From positions 19,487,300 through 19,521,284 of the forward strand of contig NC_057720.1 in NCBI RefSeq assembly GCF_004010195.1: DNA of 33,985 nt. The letters are read 5' to 3'. The position numbers were made by a program, and so were the translations under genes. This stretch comes from Chiloscyllium plagiosum. Taxonomy: Eukaryota. Positions 1-10,185 of this stretch are shown one piece after another; within the stretch, counting starts at the first letter, position 1; every line of letters begins with the position of its first letter. The notes below the pieces were generated by a model. It saw only the letters and a program-made list of their open reading frames with translations. It was not told the origin of the DNA and did no database searches.

Positions 1-370
1 CTCATCTTCCGCCTCGGAACACTTCAACCCCAGGGTATCAATGTGGACTTCAACAGCTTCCTCATTTCCCCTTCCCCCACCTCACCCTCGTTTCAAACTT
101 CCAGCTCCGCACTGTCCCCTTGATTTGTCCAGACTTGTCCAACCTGCCTAGCTCCTTTTCCACCTATCCACTCCACCCTCTCCTCCCTGACCTATCACCT
201 TCATATTCTCCCCTACTCACCTACTGTACTCTATGCTACTTTCTCCCCACCTCCACCCTCCTCTAGCTTATCTCTCCACGCTTCAGGCTCTCTGCCTTTA
301 TTCCTGATGAAGGGCTTTTGCCCGAAATGTCGATTTTGCTGCTCGTCGGATGCTGCCTGAACTGCTGTGC
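1..370 (+). mobile_element. Penelope-like element (Neptune-type) 3' end: GIY-YIG C-terminus plus terminal repeat with hammerhead motif
   Basis: Frame 1 reads LIFRLGTLQPQGINVDF, homologous to copies at 8130-8180(-) and 18520-18570(+). It is followed by a C/T-rich UTR and CTGATGA-AGGGC-TTTT-GCCC-GAAATGTC at 304-331. Confidence 0.8.
300..335 (+). ncRNA. Minimal type I hammerhead ribozyme motif (helix III palindrome mutated ACGT>ATGT)
   Basis: CTGATGA 304-310, helix II GGGC/GCCC, GAAA 324-327, GTC cleavage triplet 329-331. Confidence 0.65.
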
Positions 371-371
371 T

Positions 372-935
372 CGTGCAGCGCCATCTGATCAAGATCCCGT
401 TGCAATCTGAAGTAATGTTCTTCGCTGTCCACAACACCTCCAATTTTGGTGTCATCTGCAATCTTACTAACCATACCTCCTATGTTCACATCCAAATCAT
501 TTATATAAATTACAAAAAGCAGAGCACCCAGCACCGATCCTTGCAGTACACCACTGGTCACAGGCCTTCAGTCTAAAAAGCAACCCTCCACCACCATGCT
601 CTGTCTGCTCCCTTCAAGCCAGTTCTGTAGCCAAATGGCTAGTTGTCCCTATATTCCATGAGACCTAACTTTGCTAACCAATTTCCCATTAGGAACCTTG
701 TCAAACACCTTACTGAAGTCCATATAGATCATGTGTTGCTGGAAAAGCGCAGCAGGTCAGGCAGCATCAAAGGAGAAGGAGAATCGACGTTTCACATCGA
801 TTCTCCTTCTCCTTTGATGCTGCCTGACCTGCTGCGCTTTTCCAGCAACACATTTTTAAGCTCTGATCTCCAGCATCTGCAGTCCTCACTTTCTCCATAT
901 AGATCATGTCAACCGCTCTGCTCCTCACTCCAGAA
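372..935 (-). mobile_element. CR1 LINE ORF2 reverse-transcriptase fragment, interrupted by a PLE hairpin cassette
   Basis: Minus strand encodes GVLQGSVLGALLFVIYINDLD...IADDTKIGG (RT motifs) and VDMIYMDFSK split at 719-909. Confidence 0.9.
731..895. mobile_element. Non-autonomous PLE terminal-repeat fold-back cassette with 16-bp TSD
   Basis: Perfect 57-bp inverted repeat (731-787 / 797-853) plus about 40 nt of tail. TCCATATAGATCATGT is duplicated at 719-734 and 894-909. Confidence 0.85.
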
Positions 936-1586
936 TGATTAAATTCCACTGGATGTGGAAGCTGGGAATCAAGTCAACATCCTTGGAATATTAATCTGAG
1001 CCACTTGGAGAATGAGTACAGCGAGAACTGTTATCACCACCCTCTTCCCTTCTCGGCATTATGTCCATGCAATCTTGCTGTCTGCAGTAACCACATTGGT
1101 ATTTCATTCACTGGAAAACACTCAAAGGCTTTCTGAGGATGTGAAAGGTGCTAAAGAAATGCACATTCTTTACTTCTTTGTGCCGTCAATGCCACGTAAT
1201 CAAACACTTAGTAAATAGAGTCACCAGGTGATCATGAGGAGTGCAAACCATGGTCCACCACTAACCTCAGGAGAATGTTACATTGATGGCTCCCTACTAC
1301 AGTCCCAAGCTCAGATCAGAGAGCAGGTAAATGGGCACTGACCTGGATTTCCTGGGCAAGCCACTGTCAGAAAGGCTGCCCTTACATTTTCCAACCTGCC
1401 ACTGCACTATCCACACCAATGCCTGAAAGGCAATTCCCCGGCTCAAGATCATTCTGCCCCCTGAAAGTCCAACAGGTCGTCAAACTAACCAAAGCCAGCA
1501 ATCTGCTCACCATCCACTCCCGCCAATTTAGTGACAAGGTTTTCACTCTGAACTCATCACACTGTAAAAAAGAATTCAAGCTTAAC

Positions 1587-3236
1587 AAAGGTGGTAAGCA
1601 AAAGCCAGGGAACTATAGACCGGTGAGCCTGACATCGGTAGTGGGCAGTTGTTGGAGGGAATCTGAGGGACAGGATGTCCACATATTTGGAAAGGCAACG
1701 ACTGATTAGGGATAGTTAACATGGCTTTGTGTGTGCAAAATCATCTCTCACAAACCTGATTGCATTTTTTTGAAGAAGTAACAAAGAGGATTGATGAGGG
1801 CAGAGTGGTGGATGTCATCTATATGGACTTCAGTAAGGTTGCCCATGGGAGACTGATTAGCAAGGTTAGATCTCACGGAATACAGGGAGAACTAGCCATT
1901 TGGATACAGAACTGGCTCAAAGGTAGAAGACAGGTTGGTGATGGAGGGTTGTTTTTCAGACTGGAGGCCTGTGACCAGTGGAGTGCCACAAGGATNCAGT
2001 TAATAAGTTTGCAGATGACACCAAAATTGGAGGTGTAGTGGACAGCGAAGAGTGTTACCGCAGATTACAACAAGATTTGGACCAGATGGGCCAATGGGCT
2101 GAGGTGTGGCAGATGAAGTTTAATTTATATAAATGTGTGGTGCTGCATTTTGGGAAAGCAAAACTTAGCAGGACTTATACACTTAATGGTAAGTTCCTAG
2201 GGGGTGTTGCTGAACAAGGAGATCTTGGAGTGCAGGTTCAAAGCTCCTTAAAAGTAGAGTCGCGGTAGATAGGGTAGTGAAGAAGGTGTTTGATATGCTT
2301 TCCTTTATTGGTCAGAGCATAGGGGTTGGGAGGTCATGTTGTGGCTGTAAGCAACATTGGCTAGATTAGATTAGACTCCCTACAGTATGGAAAAAGGCCT
2401 TTTGGCCTAACAAGTCCACACCGACACTCTGAAGAATAACCCACCCAGACCCATTCCCCTCGCCTATATTTAACCCAACTAAAACACCTATCACTATGGG
2501 CAATTTGGCATGGCCAATTCACCTGGCCTGCACATCTTTGGATTTTGGGTGGAAACCAGAGCACGCAGACACAGGGAGAATGTGCAAACTCCAGACAGTC
2601 TGCCTGAGGCAGGAATCAAAGCTGGGACCCTGGTGCTGTGAGGCAGCAGTGCTAACCACTGAGCCACTGTGCCGCCTAGTTAGGCCACTGTTGGAATATG
2701 CATGCAATTCTGGTCTCGTTCCTATCGGAAGGATGTTGTGAAGCTTGAAAGGGTTCAGAAACGATTTACAAGGATGTTGCCAGGGTTGGAGGATTTGAGT
2801 GAGAGGGAGAAGTTGAATAGGCTTTGGCTGTTTTCCCTGGAGCATCGAAGGCTGAGGGGTGACCTCATAGACATTTATAAAACCATAACGGGCATGGATA
2901 GGGTAAATAGACAAGGTCTTTTCCCTGGGGTGGGGGGGTCCAGAACTACAGGGCATTGGTTTAGGGTGAGAGCGGAAAGATATAAAAGGGACCTAAGGGG
3001 CAACGTTTTCACGCAGAGGGTGGTGTGTGTCTGAGTATGCTGCCAGAGGAAGTGGGGGAGGCTGGTACAATTACAACATTTGAAAGACATTTGGATGGGT
3101 ATATGAATAGGAAGGGTTTAAGAGGGATATGGGCCAAGTTGTTGGCAAATGGGACTAGATTAATTTAGGATATCCGGTCGGCATGGACAAGTTGGACCGA
3201 AATGTATGTTTCTGTGCTGTACATCTCTATGACTCT
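1587..3236 (+). mobile_element. 5'-truncated CR1 (HER1-like) LINE, RT to 3' tail, frameshifted, interrupted by a SINE
   Basis: KPGNYRPVSLTS, VDVIYMDFSK, KFADDTKIGG and LERVQKRFTRMLPGL motifs; ends ...TACATCTCTATGACTCT. Confidence 0.92.
2362..2676 (-). mobile_element. HE1-like tRNA-derived V-SINE, full length
   Basis: Minus strand begins GGCGGCACAGTGGCTCAGTGGTTAGCAC (A box), contains the V-domain GTTTGCACATTCTCCC, a CR1-like 3' tail and (TCTAA)n. Confidence 0.88.
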
Positions 3237-3927
3237 CTGAGTAACTTTGCAACAACACCTTACCTCACACAGCTGTCAAAAAGCCATTCCACCACATTGA
3301 AGGGGAACTCACAAACAGTGCAGTCATCATTGACATTCCTGTAGATTTACCAGATAGCAGTTTGCAGCTGGGTATCATTGCAGGTAGCAGATAGATGTGC
3401 ACTGGCAGTTGGGGCTTGAACACACTGAGACCTGGCAGGCTGCAGTTGCATTCTCACATTGTTGTATGAACTGGCACATGGAGAAAAATCATCCTGAACC
3501 CCTGCGGCTCAGCAGACAGTCACACCCAGAAGCTGCCTTATCATAGCAACATCCCACCAGCAGCCGGTTCATTGCAGTCATTCCTCTAACTGAGGTGATT
3601 TTATCACAGCTCCCAGCAGGACGTTTCAGCAGAATGTTGCAAGTTGTTCCAGAGTAGGGCTCCGCATTCCTTTTGTACTGACTGAGAAAAACATTGCCAT
3701 GCAGCTGAAAAGAGTGCTGCAGTCAGCAAAGAGTGAGATACCAATTGTAAACAGTACCACTACTATACCCCGAGGCCATCAGCATGTGAGCCCTCCTGGC
3801 AACATCGACACACCATTCATTCCAACACGCTCCAGAAACAATACAACCATCTGCCTTGTAATTGCAGCTCCCTCAACAACAGGCTCACTATATTCATTCC
3901 AGACTCTTCCCTCAATATCCTCCTCTT

Positions 3928-4575
3928 TTTATTCATCCATGGATGTGGGTATTGCTGGCTAGGCCAGTAATTTATTGCCCATCCCTAAGTACCCTGGGTA
4001 TGGTACAACTGAGTGGCTGCTGCACCATTTCAGAGGGCAATTAAGAGTCAACTAATTTCCTGTGGGTCTGGAGTCACATGTAGGCCAGACTAGGTAAGGG
4101 TGACAGATTTTCTTCCCTCAACAATTTTTTGTGAACCAAGTGAGTTTTGTCAACAATCAACAATACTTACATGGCCATCATTTACTACTTACAGAAATGA
4201 GGAGACATTTCTTCAACTAGAGAGTGGTGGGCCTGTGGAATTCATTGCCACGGAGTGCAGTGAAGGCCGGGATGTTAAATGTCTTCAAGGCAGAGATTGA
4301 TAAATTCTTGATCTTGCAAGGAATTAAGGGCTACAGGGAGAGTGCGGGTAAGTGGCGTTGAAATGTCCATCAGCCATGATTAAATGGCGGAGTGGACTCG
4401 ATGGGCCGAATGGCCTTACTTCCACTCCTATACCTTTTGGTCTTATTTTAATTCCAGAGTTAACAGAATTCAAATTTCACTATTTATCAGAGTGGGGTTT
4501 GAATCCATGTTCCCAGAACGTTGATGTAGGGTTCAGGATTTCTAGTCCAGTGACATTACCACTGCACTACCCCAT
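3928..4575 (-). mobile_element. Older tRNA-derived SINE interrupted by a CR1 3' end
   Basis: Homologous to 15606-15709 plus 16355-16735 (GCTGGCTAGGCCAG, ...CCCAGAAC...). Its 3' end is shared with the LINE at 30970-31420. Confidence 0.6.
4190..4446 (+). mobile_element. CR1 3' end (subfamily with GGTCTTAT-type tail)
   Basis: Near-identical to the reverse complement of 9545-9800 (RVVGLWNSLPRSAVEAG region and UTR). Confidence 0.85.
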
Positions 4576-4624
4576 GATACCACCTCTGACGCCTCCCACA
4601 ACAGTGGTCTGCCCACAACAAAAT

Positions 4625-4955
4625 CAATTTGTATTTACATAGCATCTACCACACAGCAACATTTTACAAGTTGCTTTGCAACACCACATACCAAGCTATG
4701 TATTCAGACAGAGAGGTGTCAAGCAGCATCTGAAAGGAGGAAAATGGGATGGGGGCTGAAGAGTTTAAGTGATGTAGAATTCTTGAATTCCAGAATATGG
4801 GACCCAGGAAATTGAAGGCACTACAGCCTGTGGTGGAGCAATTAAAATTGTGGATCAGATTTGGAAGAGTGGGAAGATTGTGAAAGATTAGAGGGCTGAA
4901 TTTGAAAATGATATTCGAGGTTTAAGATTATATCTTGTTGAGCTGGAAGCCAACC
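4625..4955 (-). mobile_element. Degenerate L2-like LINE 3' fragment
   Basis: GAATTCCAGAATATGGGACCCAGGAAATTGAAGGCAC...GGTGGAGCAATT resembles the reverse complement of 18075-18200; family recalled, not searched. Confidence 0.45.
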
Positions 4956-4989
4956 TAACGCTAGTTCAGGCTGATGCACTGATGCCAGT

Positions 4990-5330
4990 TTATCCCCTCC
5001 TATCCATGTTCCTCTGTATCTAATAGCTTGTGCAAGTTCAGGTACGCTACATCAACAGCATTACCTTAATCGACCCCTTTACTTCCCTCTTTCAGAAACT
5101 CCAGCATGTTTATTAAGCATAATTTCCCTGTTATAAATTCATGCTGGCTTTTTCTAATCAGCCCACTACTGTTTCATTTCCATCCCAAATGATTGTTTCT
5201 GGAAGCTCTCTGCCACTGAAGTTAAACTGACTGGTCTGTAATTACACAGCTCATCCTTACAACCATTTTATGAACAAGGGCATAAGATTTTAAATTCTCC
5301 AGTCTTCTGAAAAGACTGTATCTTTATACT
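4990..5330 (-). mobile_element. Old degenerate CR1 RT fragment
   Basis: Minus strand of 5218-5244 reads NYRPVSLTS; QHEF and AVDVAYL remnants lie downstream. Confidence 0.65.
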
Positions 5331-5364
5331 TTCCTGAGTATTTTAAAATCCAAGGATATGGAAG

Positions 5365-5888
5365 AGTGGGATGTCGTGAAACTTGAAAGGGTTCAGAAAG
5401 GATTTACAAGGATGTTGCCAGGGTTGGAGGATTTGAGCTATAGGGAGAGATTGAATAGGCTGGGGCTGTTTTCTCTGGAGCATTGGAGGCTGAGGGGTGA
5501 TCTTATAGAGGTTTATAAAATCATGAGGGGCATGGATAGGATTAAATAGACAAAGTCTTTTCCATGGGGTGGGGGGAGTCCAGAACTAGAGGGCATTGGT
5601 TTAGGGTGAGAGGGGAAAGATGTAAAAGAGACCTAAGGGGCAACCTTTTCACGTAAAGGGTTGTGCATGTATAGAATGAGATGCCGGAGGAAGAGGTGGA
5701 GGCTGGTACAATAGCAACATTTAAAAGGCATCTGGATGGATATATGAATTGGAAGGGTTTGGAGGGGTATGGGCTGCGTGCTGGCAGGTGGGACTGGATT
5801 GGGTTGGGATATCTGGTTGGCATGGACGGGTTGGACTGAAGGGACTGTTTCCGTGATGTACAGTACACCTCTCTGACCCTATGACTCT
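5365..5888 (+). mobile_element. CR1 (HER1-like) 3' fragment
   Basis: DVVKLERVQKGFTRMLPGLEDLSYRERL...RLRGDLIEVYKIM; ends CTATGACTCT. Confidence 0.92.
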
Positions 5889-5904
5889 GTGACATTTTAT
5901 CAAT

Positions 5905-6312
5905 TCCTACTTCAGTCTAACTCAAGGTTGGGATACAGGCAGACTCTAAGCTCTCACCTTTAATGCATTGTCTGAACTGAGAAGTCACTTTTTTTTGTAA
6001 AACCTTAAGTTATCTCAGGAATGTGACTTGAAAGAAGTTCTGGGATTTACATATTAATGAATCAAAACCTGCAAACTCATTCGAAGTGATTAAAGAGTTA
6101 ACAGCGATCTAGGTTTGTTCAATACATCGCATCAGTTGTATGATATTTTGATCTTTTACTACACATTCTTTGTCCTGTGATTCTGCCCCACTAGTTACAT
6201 GGCAATGGAACAGCTCTCTGAAAGCCTGTACTTTCAAATAAACCTTTCAGATTATAACCTGGTGTGTAATTTTTAACTTTGTCCACCCCAGTCCAACACC
6301 AGCATCTCCACA
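5905..6312 (+). mobile_element. Penelope-type 3' UTR/terminal repeat of another family, hammerhead decayed
   Basis: Ends ...GAAAGC...CAAATAAACC...TATAACCTGGTG...ATTTTTAACTTTGTCCACCCCAGTCCAACACC, a tail I recall from vertebrate PLEs; no ORF present. Confidence 0.5.
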
Positions 6313-6319
6313 ATTTGTC

Positions 6320-6660
6320 TACCTTTCCCAATCCTGTCATAACTTTATACGTCTCTAACAAACCCTCCCCTCAATCTCCTTTGCCCCCAGGACAGCAGAC
6401 CCCATTTCTCCAATCTCAGCTCACAGTGAAAATCTTTCATCTCTGGAATACTGTTCTGGGAATAGAATCATTCAATGCAGAACAGGCCCATCTGCTCATC
6501 GAGGGTAAATCTCCTCTGCAACCTCTCAGGAATCCTCAGCTCCTTTCTCAGGTGGGATGACCAGAACTGGATGCAATATTTCAACTGTGACCTAACAGAG
6601 TCATAAAGGCTCAGTATAACCTTCTCCATTCTATGCCTCTAATTCAATGAAGCTCAAAAT
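6320..6660 (-). mobile_element. Old degenerate CR1 C-terminal fragment
   Basis: CCAGAACTGGATGCAATATT is the minus-strand YCIQFW motif; the rest is heavily decayed. Confidence 0.5.
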
Positions 6661-6679
6661 GTTTTGTTATCTATGTTCA

Positions 6680-7430
6680 CCTGCGTGTAAGGGTCAGGGA
6701 CAGTCTTAGCACCATGGAGAATTTTCCAATGCCGCTATCTTCAATGACCTCAGCAGCTGGATTTAGTTCCATCGCCCCATTTGCGACGAGGTAGACGCAA
6801 AACTGTGCGGAATTGACAGTCCTGACACAACTCAAGATTCTCCCAAGTGCAGCTCCTGTCCTGACACTGTCCAACTGAGGTTTAGCTGGTCTCCCCACAA
6901 TCCCGCCCCCACCCCAAGCCGGTTTCACAGCCCTTCGAATTCCTTACCCATGCCTCAGAGAGCAGGGAACGAGCGATCTTACAGTTTCCAGCTGGATAGT
7001 TACAGTGGTAAGAATCCCAGCAAGGACCCGCTCATTTACATTGCATTACTTTAGCCCTGCAAGTTGCGCTTCCAATTCCAGCATGCCAAAGAGCAGCAAC
7101 AATTGCATTCGTGTAGCGCCTTTGAGGAAAGCGGGAGAAAAGAGAGTGAAATTCCTGCTCTGTGACTGATGGGTACCTGGTTCCAGTTTTGCAATGTGGT
7201 GACTTCAGTCGCTGTGAGGGGATAGACTCGGTGTCCTGGAGCAGAACGGCACCGCTGCTGTGCTCCTGCAGTTCCCTCGCTTCATTCTCGTTTGCTTTGT
7301 ATCCTGTTCGACACTCTTGACTCCTGTTCCCACCGGCCCGGCTGTTTTTCCTCCACCGTCCGCTCACTGCTATCCTGGTTTTTGCATGTTACACTGGATG
7401 TATCGCACGCCCTGTATTATTACAGCGGGC
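6680..7430. promoter_or_regulatory. CpG-rich unique island, candidate promoter/first-exon region
   Basis: About 31 CpG counted by eye in about 750 bp against a CpG-poor background. GC box TCCCGCCCCC at 6901-6910. Donor-like sites on both strands: minus ATGG|GTAAGG at 6948/6947 and plus GTG|GTAAGA near 7008. Confidence 0.55.
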
Positions 7431-7611
7431 AGGCATTAGGTGGAGTGCTTTTATTGGGAGGGATGCTAAATAAATATTTACATTTTGCCTTGCGTTTTTT
7501 TTATTTTGTTAACCTGTGGTTTGGTGCAAGTGCTAGTTCCCTGACAATACTCCACTGGGTTTGTGGGTAGTAGGGTTGGCAGTTCCCCTGGCTGTACCCT
7601 TTGGTGCCTGG

Positions 7612-7680
7612 GGCTAGATTAGAGTGGTGCTGGAAAAGCACAGCAGGTCAGGCAGCATCCGAGGGCAGTCCTCACTTTTG
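7612..7680. mobile_element. 69-bp minimal PLE terminal-repeat cassette (inverted arm plus 3' tail) with 15-bp TSD
   Basis: Inverted GTGCTGGAAAAGCACAGCAGGTCAGGCAGCATCC joined to the direct tail GCAGTCCTCACTTT. Flanks are CCCTTTGGTGCCTGG 7597-7611 and CCCTTCAGTGCCTGG 7681-7695. Confidence 0.75.
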
Positions 7681-7879
7681 CCCTTCAGTGCCTGGCCTGG
7701 TGTTCAATATATAAAGGAAAATATAGCACCTTTCACAAAGGCAGGGTGTCCAAAAGCCCTCCACAGTCAAGGAAGTAGTTTTGAAATGCAGGAAATACCG
7801 TAGCCAAAGTGAGCACAGCAAGATCCCACGAAAGGGCACTGCAGCAATAATCTCAAAACTTGACCTTTTTTCATTGACG

Positions 7880-8816
7880 CGTCAGGCAAAAGCCCTTCTT
7901 CAGGAATGAGGCTTGTGAGCCAAGGGGTTAGAGAAATAAATGGGAGGGGGTTGGGGCTGGGGGGAAAGTAGCTGAGAGTGCCTGGATAGATGGAGGTGGG
8001 GTAATGGTGATAGGTTGGAGAGGAAGGTGGAGCGGATAGGTGGGAAGGAAGATGGACAGGTCATGAGGACAGTGCCGAGTTGGAAGGCTGGAACCGGGAT
8101 AAGGTGGGGGGAGGGGAAATGAGGAAACTGGTGAAGTCTACATTGATGCCGTGTGGTTGGAGGGTCCCAAGGTGGAAGATGAGGTGTTCTTCCTCCAGGT
8201 GTCGGGTGCTTTGAGAGTGGCGATGGAGGAGGCCCAGGACCTGCATGTCCTTGGCGGAGTGGAAGGGGGAGTTAAAGTGTTCCGTCACGAAGCGGTGGGA
8301 TAGGTTGGTGCAGATGTCCCAGAGATGTTCTCTGAAGCGCTGTGCAAGTAGACGTCCTGTCTCCCCAGTGTAGAGGAGACTGCATCGGGAGCAACAGATG
8401 CAGTAAATGACGTGTGAACATGCGATGGATGTGGAAGGCTCATTTGGGGCCTTGGACGGAGGTGAGGGGGCAAGTGTGGGCGCAGATTTTGCAATTTCCG
8501 CGGTGGCAGGGGAAGGTACTGGGAGGGGAGGGTGGGTTGGTGGTTGGTGGGGGGGGAGGGGGTGGGCCTGACAAAGGAGTCGCAGAGGGACTGATCTTTT
8601 CAGAAATCACATTGGGGTGGGGGGGTACCTTCTCCCCAGCCCACCCCCTCCCATTTATCTCACTACACTCTCTGCTCACAACCACTTTCCTGATGAAGGG
8701 TTTTTGCCCGAAACGTCGATTCTCCTGCTCCTCGGATGCTGCCTGACCTGCTGTGCTTTTCCAGCACCACGCTCTCGGCTCTAATCTCCAGCATCTGCAG
8801 TCCTCACTTTCACCCA
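7880..8816. mobile_element. Penelope-like (Neptune-type) insertion: minus-strand GIY-YIG fragment with an inverted terminal repeat
   Basis: Minus strand reads TFPCHRGNCKICAH, HVIYCICCSRCSLLYTGETGR..QRFREHL and LGTLQPHGINVDF. A plus-strand terminal repeat lies at 8629-8815. TSD-like TTTCATTGACG 7869-7879 / TTTCATTGATG 8817-8827. Confidence 0.85.
8686..8722 (+). ncRNA. Minimal type I hammerhead ribozyme motif, core intact
   Basis: CTGATGA 8690-8696, helix II GGGT/GCCC, GAAACGTC 8710-8717; helix I only about 2 bp. Confidence 0.7.
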
Positions 8817-9120
8817 TTTCATTGATGTCAGTTGTGTTAAATATTGACAACAATGGAGATAACTCTAAGAATTAGAATTAGTTTTATTGTCACATGTATA
8901 CACATAAAACATTTACAATGTTGCCACTTACAGCACAATCTTATTTACAAAGGTACCTAGGTACAGGACATTAGGAATAAATTAGAAAAATATTGAAATG
9001 AAATGCTCAGCATTACAGTCCTTCATACCATCTTAGGTACAGGGTACCTAGGTACAAAGTCTGAGGAATAAATTAGAGAAAGAAAGAAATAATAAAGTTC
9101 AGCATTACTGTCCTTCAAGC

Positions 9121-9305
9121 AGACTGCATTGGGCCTCACTTCTAGACTGTGCCAGGCCTCACCTCCAGACTCTACCAGGCTCCACCATCAAATTGTGCTA
9201 GGCCTCACCTCCAGACTGCACTGGGCCTTGCTTCAGGCATGGGTCTCGGCCTCACCTCCAGACCGCGCCGGGCCTTACCTCCAGACTGCGCTGGGCCTCG
9301 CCTCC
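9121..9305 (+). repeat. Degenerate minisatellite, 8 copies of about 23 bp
   Basis: Unit consensus AGACTGCGCTGGGCCTCACCTCC, head-to-tail without spacers. Confidence 0.85.
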
Positions 9306-9534
9306 AGGTCGTGCCAAACTCAACCTGGGACTCCCTGTTCTTGCCGGTGCCACAGATGCCAGGGGAACTTCACTCTCAGCCACATTGGGCTTGCTCTCCT
9401 CTGCACTGCACAAACTCACTCTCCACAGAAAGTAAGTAAATTGAAGTAAGAAAGAAAAAGTGAAAGAAGTGAAAAACAGTAAAAGCAGATGGAGTAGCTG
9501 AGCTCCAGGCAGGAGCCCATACACTGCGTTGCTA

Positions 9535-9921
9535 CCATAAGACCATAAGACCATAAGACATAGGAGTGGAAGTAAGGCCATTCGGCCCATCGAGTCCACT
9601 CTGCCATTCAATCATGGCTGATGCGCATTTCAGCTCCACTTACCAGCGTTCTCCCCGTAGCCCTTAATTCCTCTAGACAACAAGAATCTATCAATCTCGG
9701 CCTTGAAGACATTTAGCGTCCCGGCTTCCACTGCACTCCGTGGCAATGAATTCCACAGGCCCACCACTCTCTGGCTGAAGAAATGTCTCCGCATTTCTGT
9801 TCTGAAATGACCCCCTCTAGTTCTAAGGCTGTGTCCACGGGTCCTAGTCTCCTCGTTTAACTGAAACAATTTCCTAGCATCCACCTTTTCCAAGCCATGT
9901 ATTATTTTGTACGTCTCTATT
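9535..9921 (-). mobile_element. CR1 3' end with (CCATAAGA)n tail on the plus strand
   Basis: ORF 9630-9893 reads TRGHSLRTRGGHFRTEMRRHFFSQRVVGLWNSLP. Confidence 0.92.
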
Positions 9922-10185
9922 AAGCTACCTCTGCTGCCATCTTGGATCTAATACTTGTGCTGTTCACAGACATTTATTGGCCAACTGAAGAGCACAGAGG
10001 AGGCCGGAATTTTTTGCCTCCTCTGAAAGGCTGGCCATTTTCAGTGCTGGTGGGAAAGGAATGAAACCCCTCAGAGATTAGACTCAAACTTGACGTGTAC
10101 ACCATCTACATTTATTTGTTTCCAAATATGCACTTTGTTCAAAAAAATTCTCAAAGTTGATTACATCACAGTTCAAATGTAACAT

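Larger units (their letters stand above)
7710..8868 (-). mobile_element. SacSINE/DeuSINE-like 3' half (7710-7879 and 8817-8868) split by a PLE insertion
   Basis: Homologous to 32520-32730 (CACCTTTC...CCAAAG...ACAG...AAATATT). Confidence 0.55.
8868..9945 (-). mobile_element. Probable non-autonomous non-LTR element with internal tandem repeats, split by CR1
   Basis: Minus strand starts TCCAAGATGGCAG and ends GTGACAATAAAACTAATTCTAATTCT; no ORF. GCTACC is duplicated at 9531-9536 and 9924-9929 around the CR1. Confidence 0.5.

Noticed and set aside
731..895. DNA-transposon MITE interpretation of the hairpin cassettes
   Set aside because: The arms are identical in type to PLE terminal repeats, the ends are asymmetric, and TSD length varies between copies.
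9121..9305. CRISPR-like array
   Set aside because: Contiguous degenerate units with no unique spacers and no cas genes, in a eukaryotic context.
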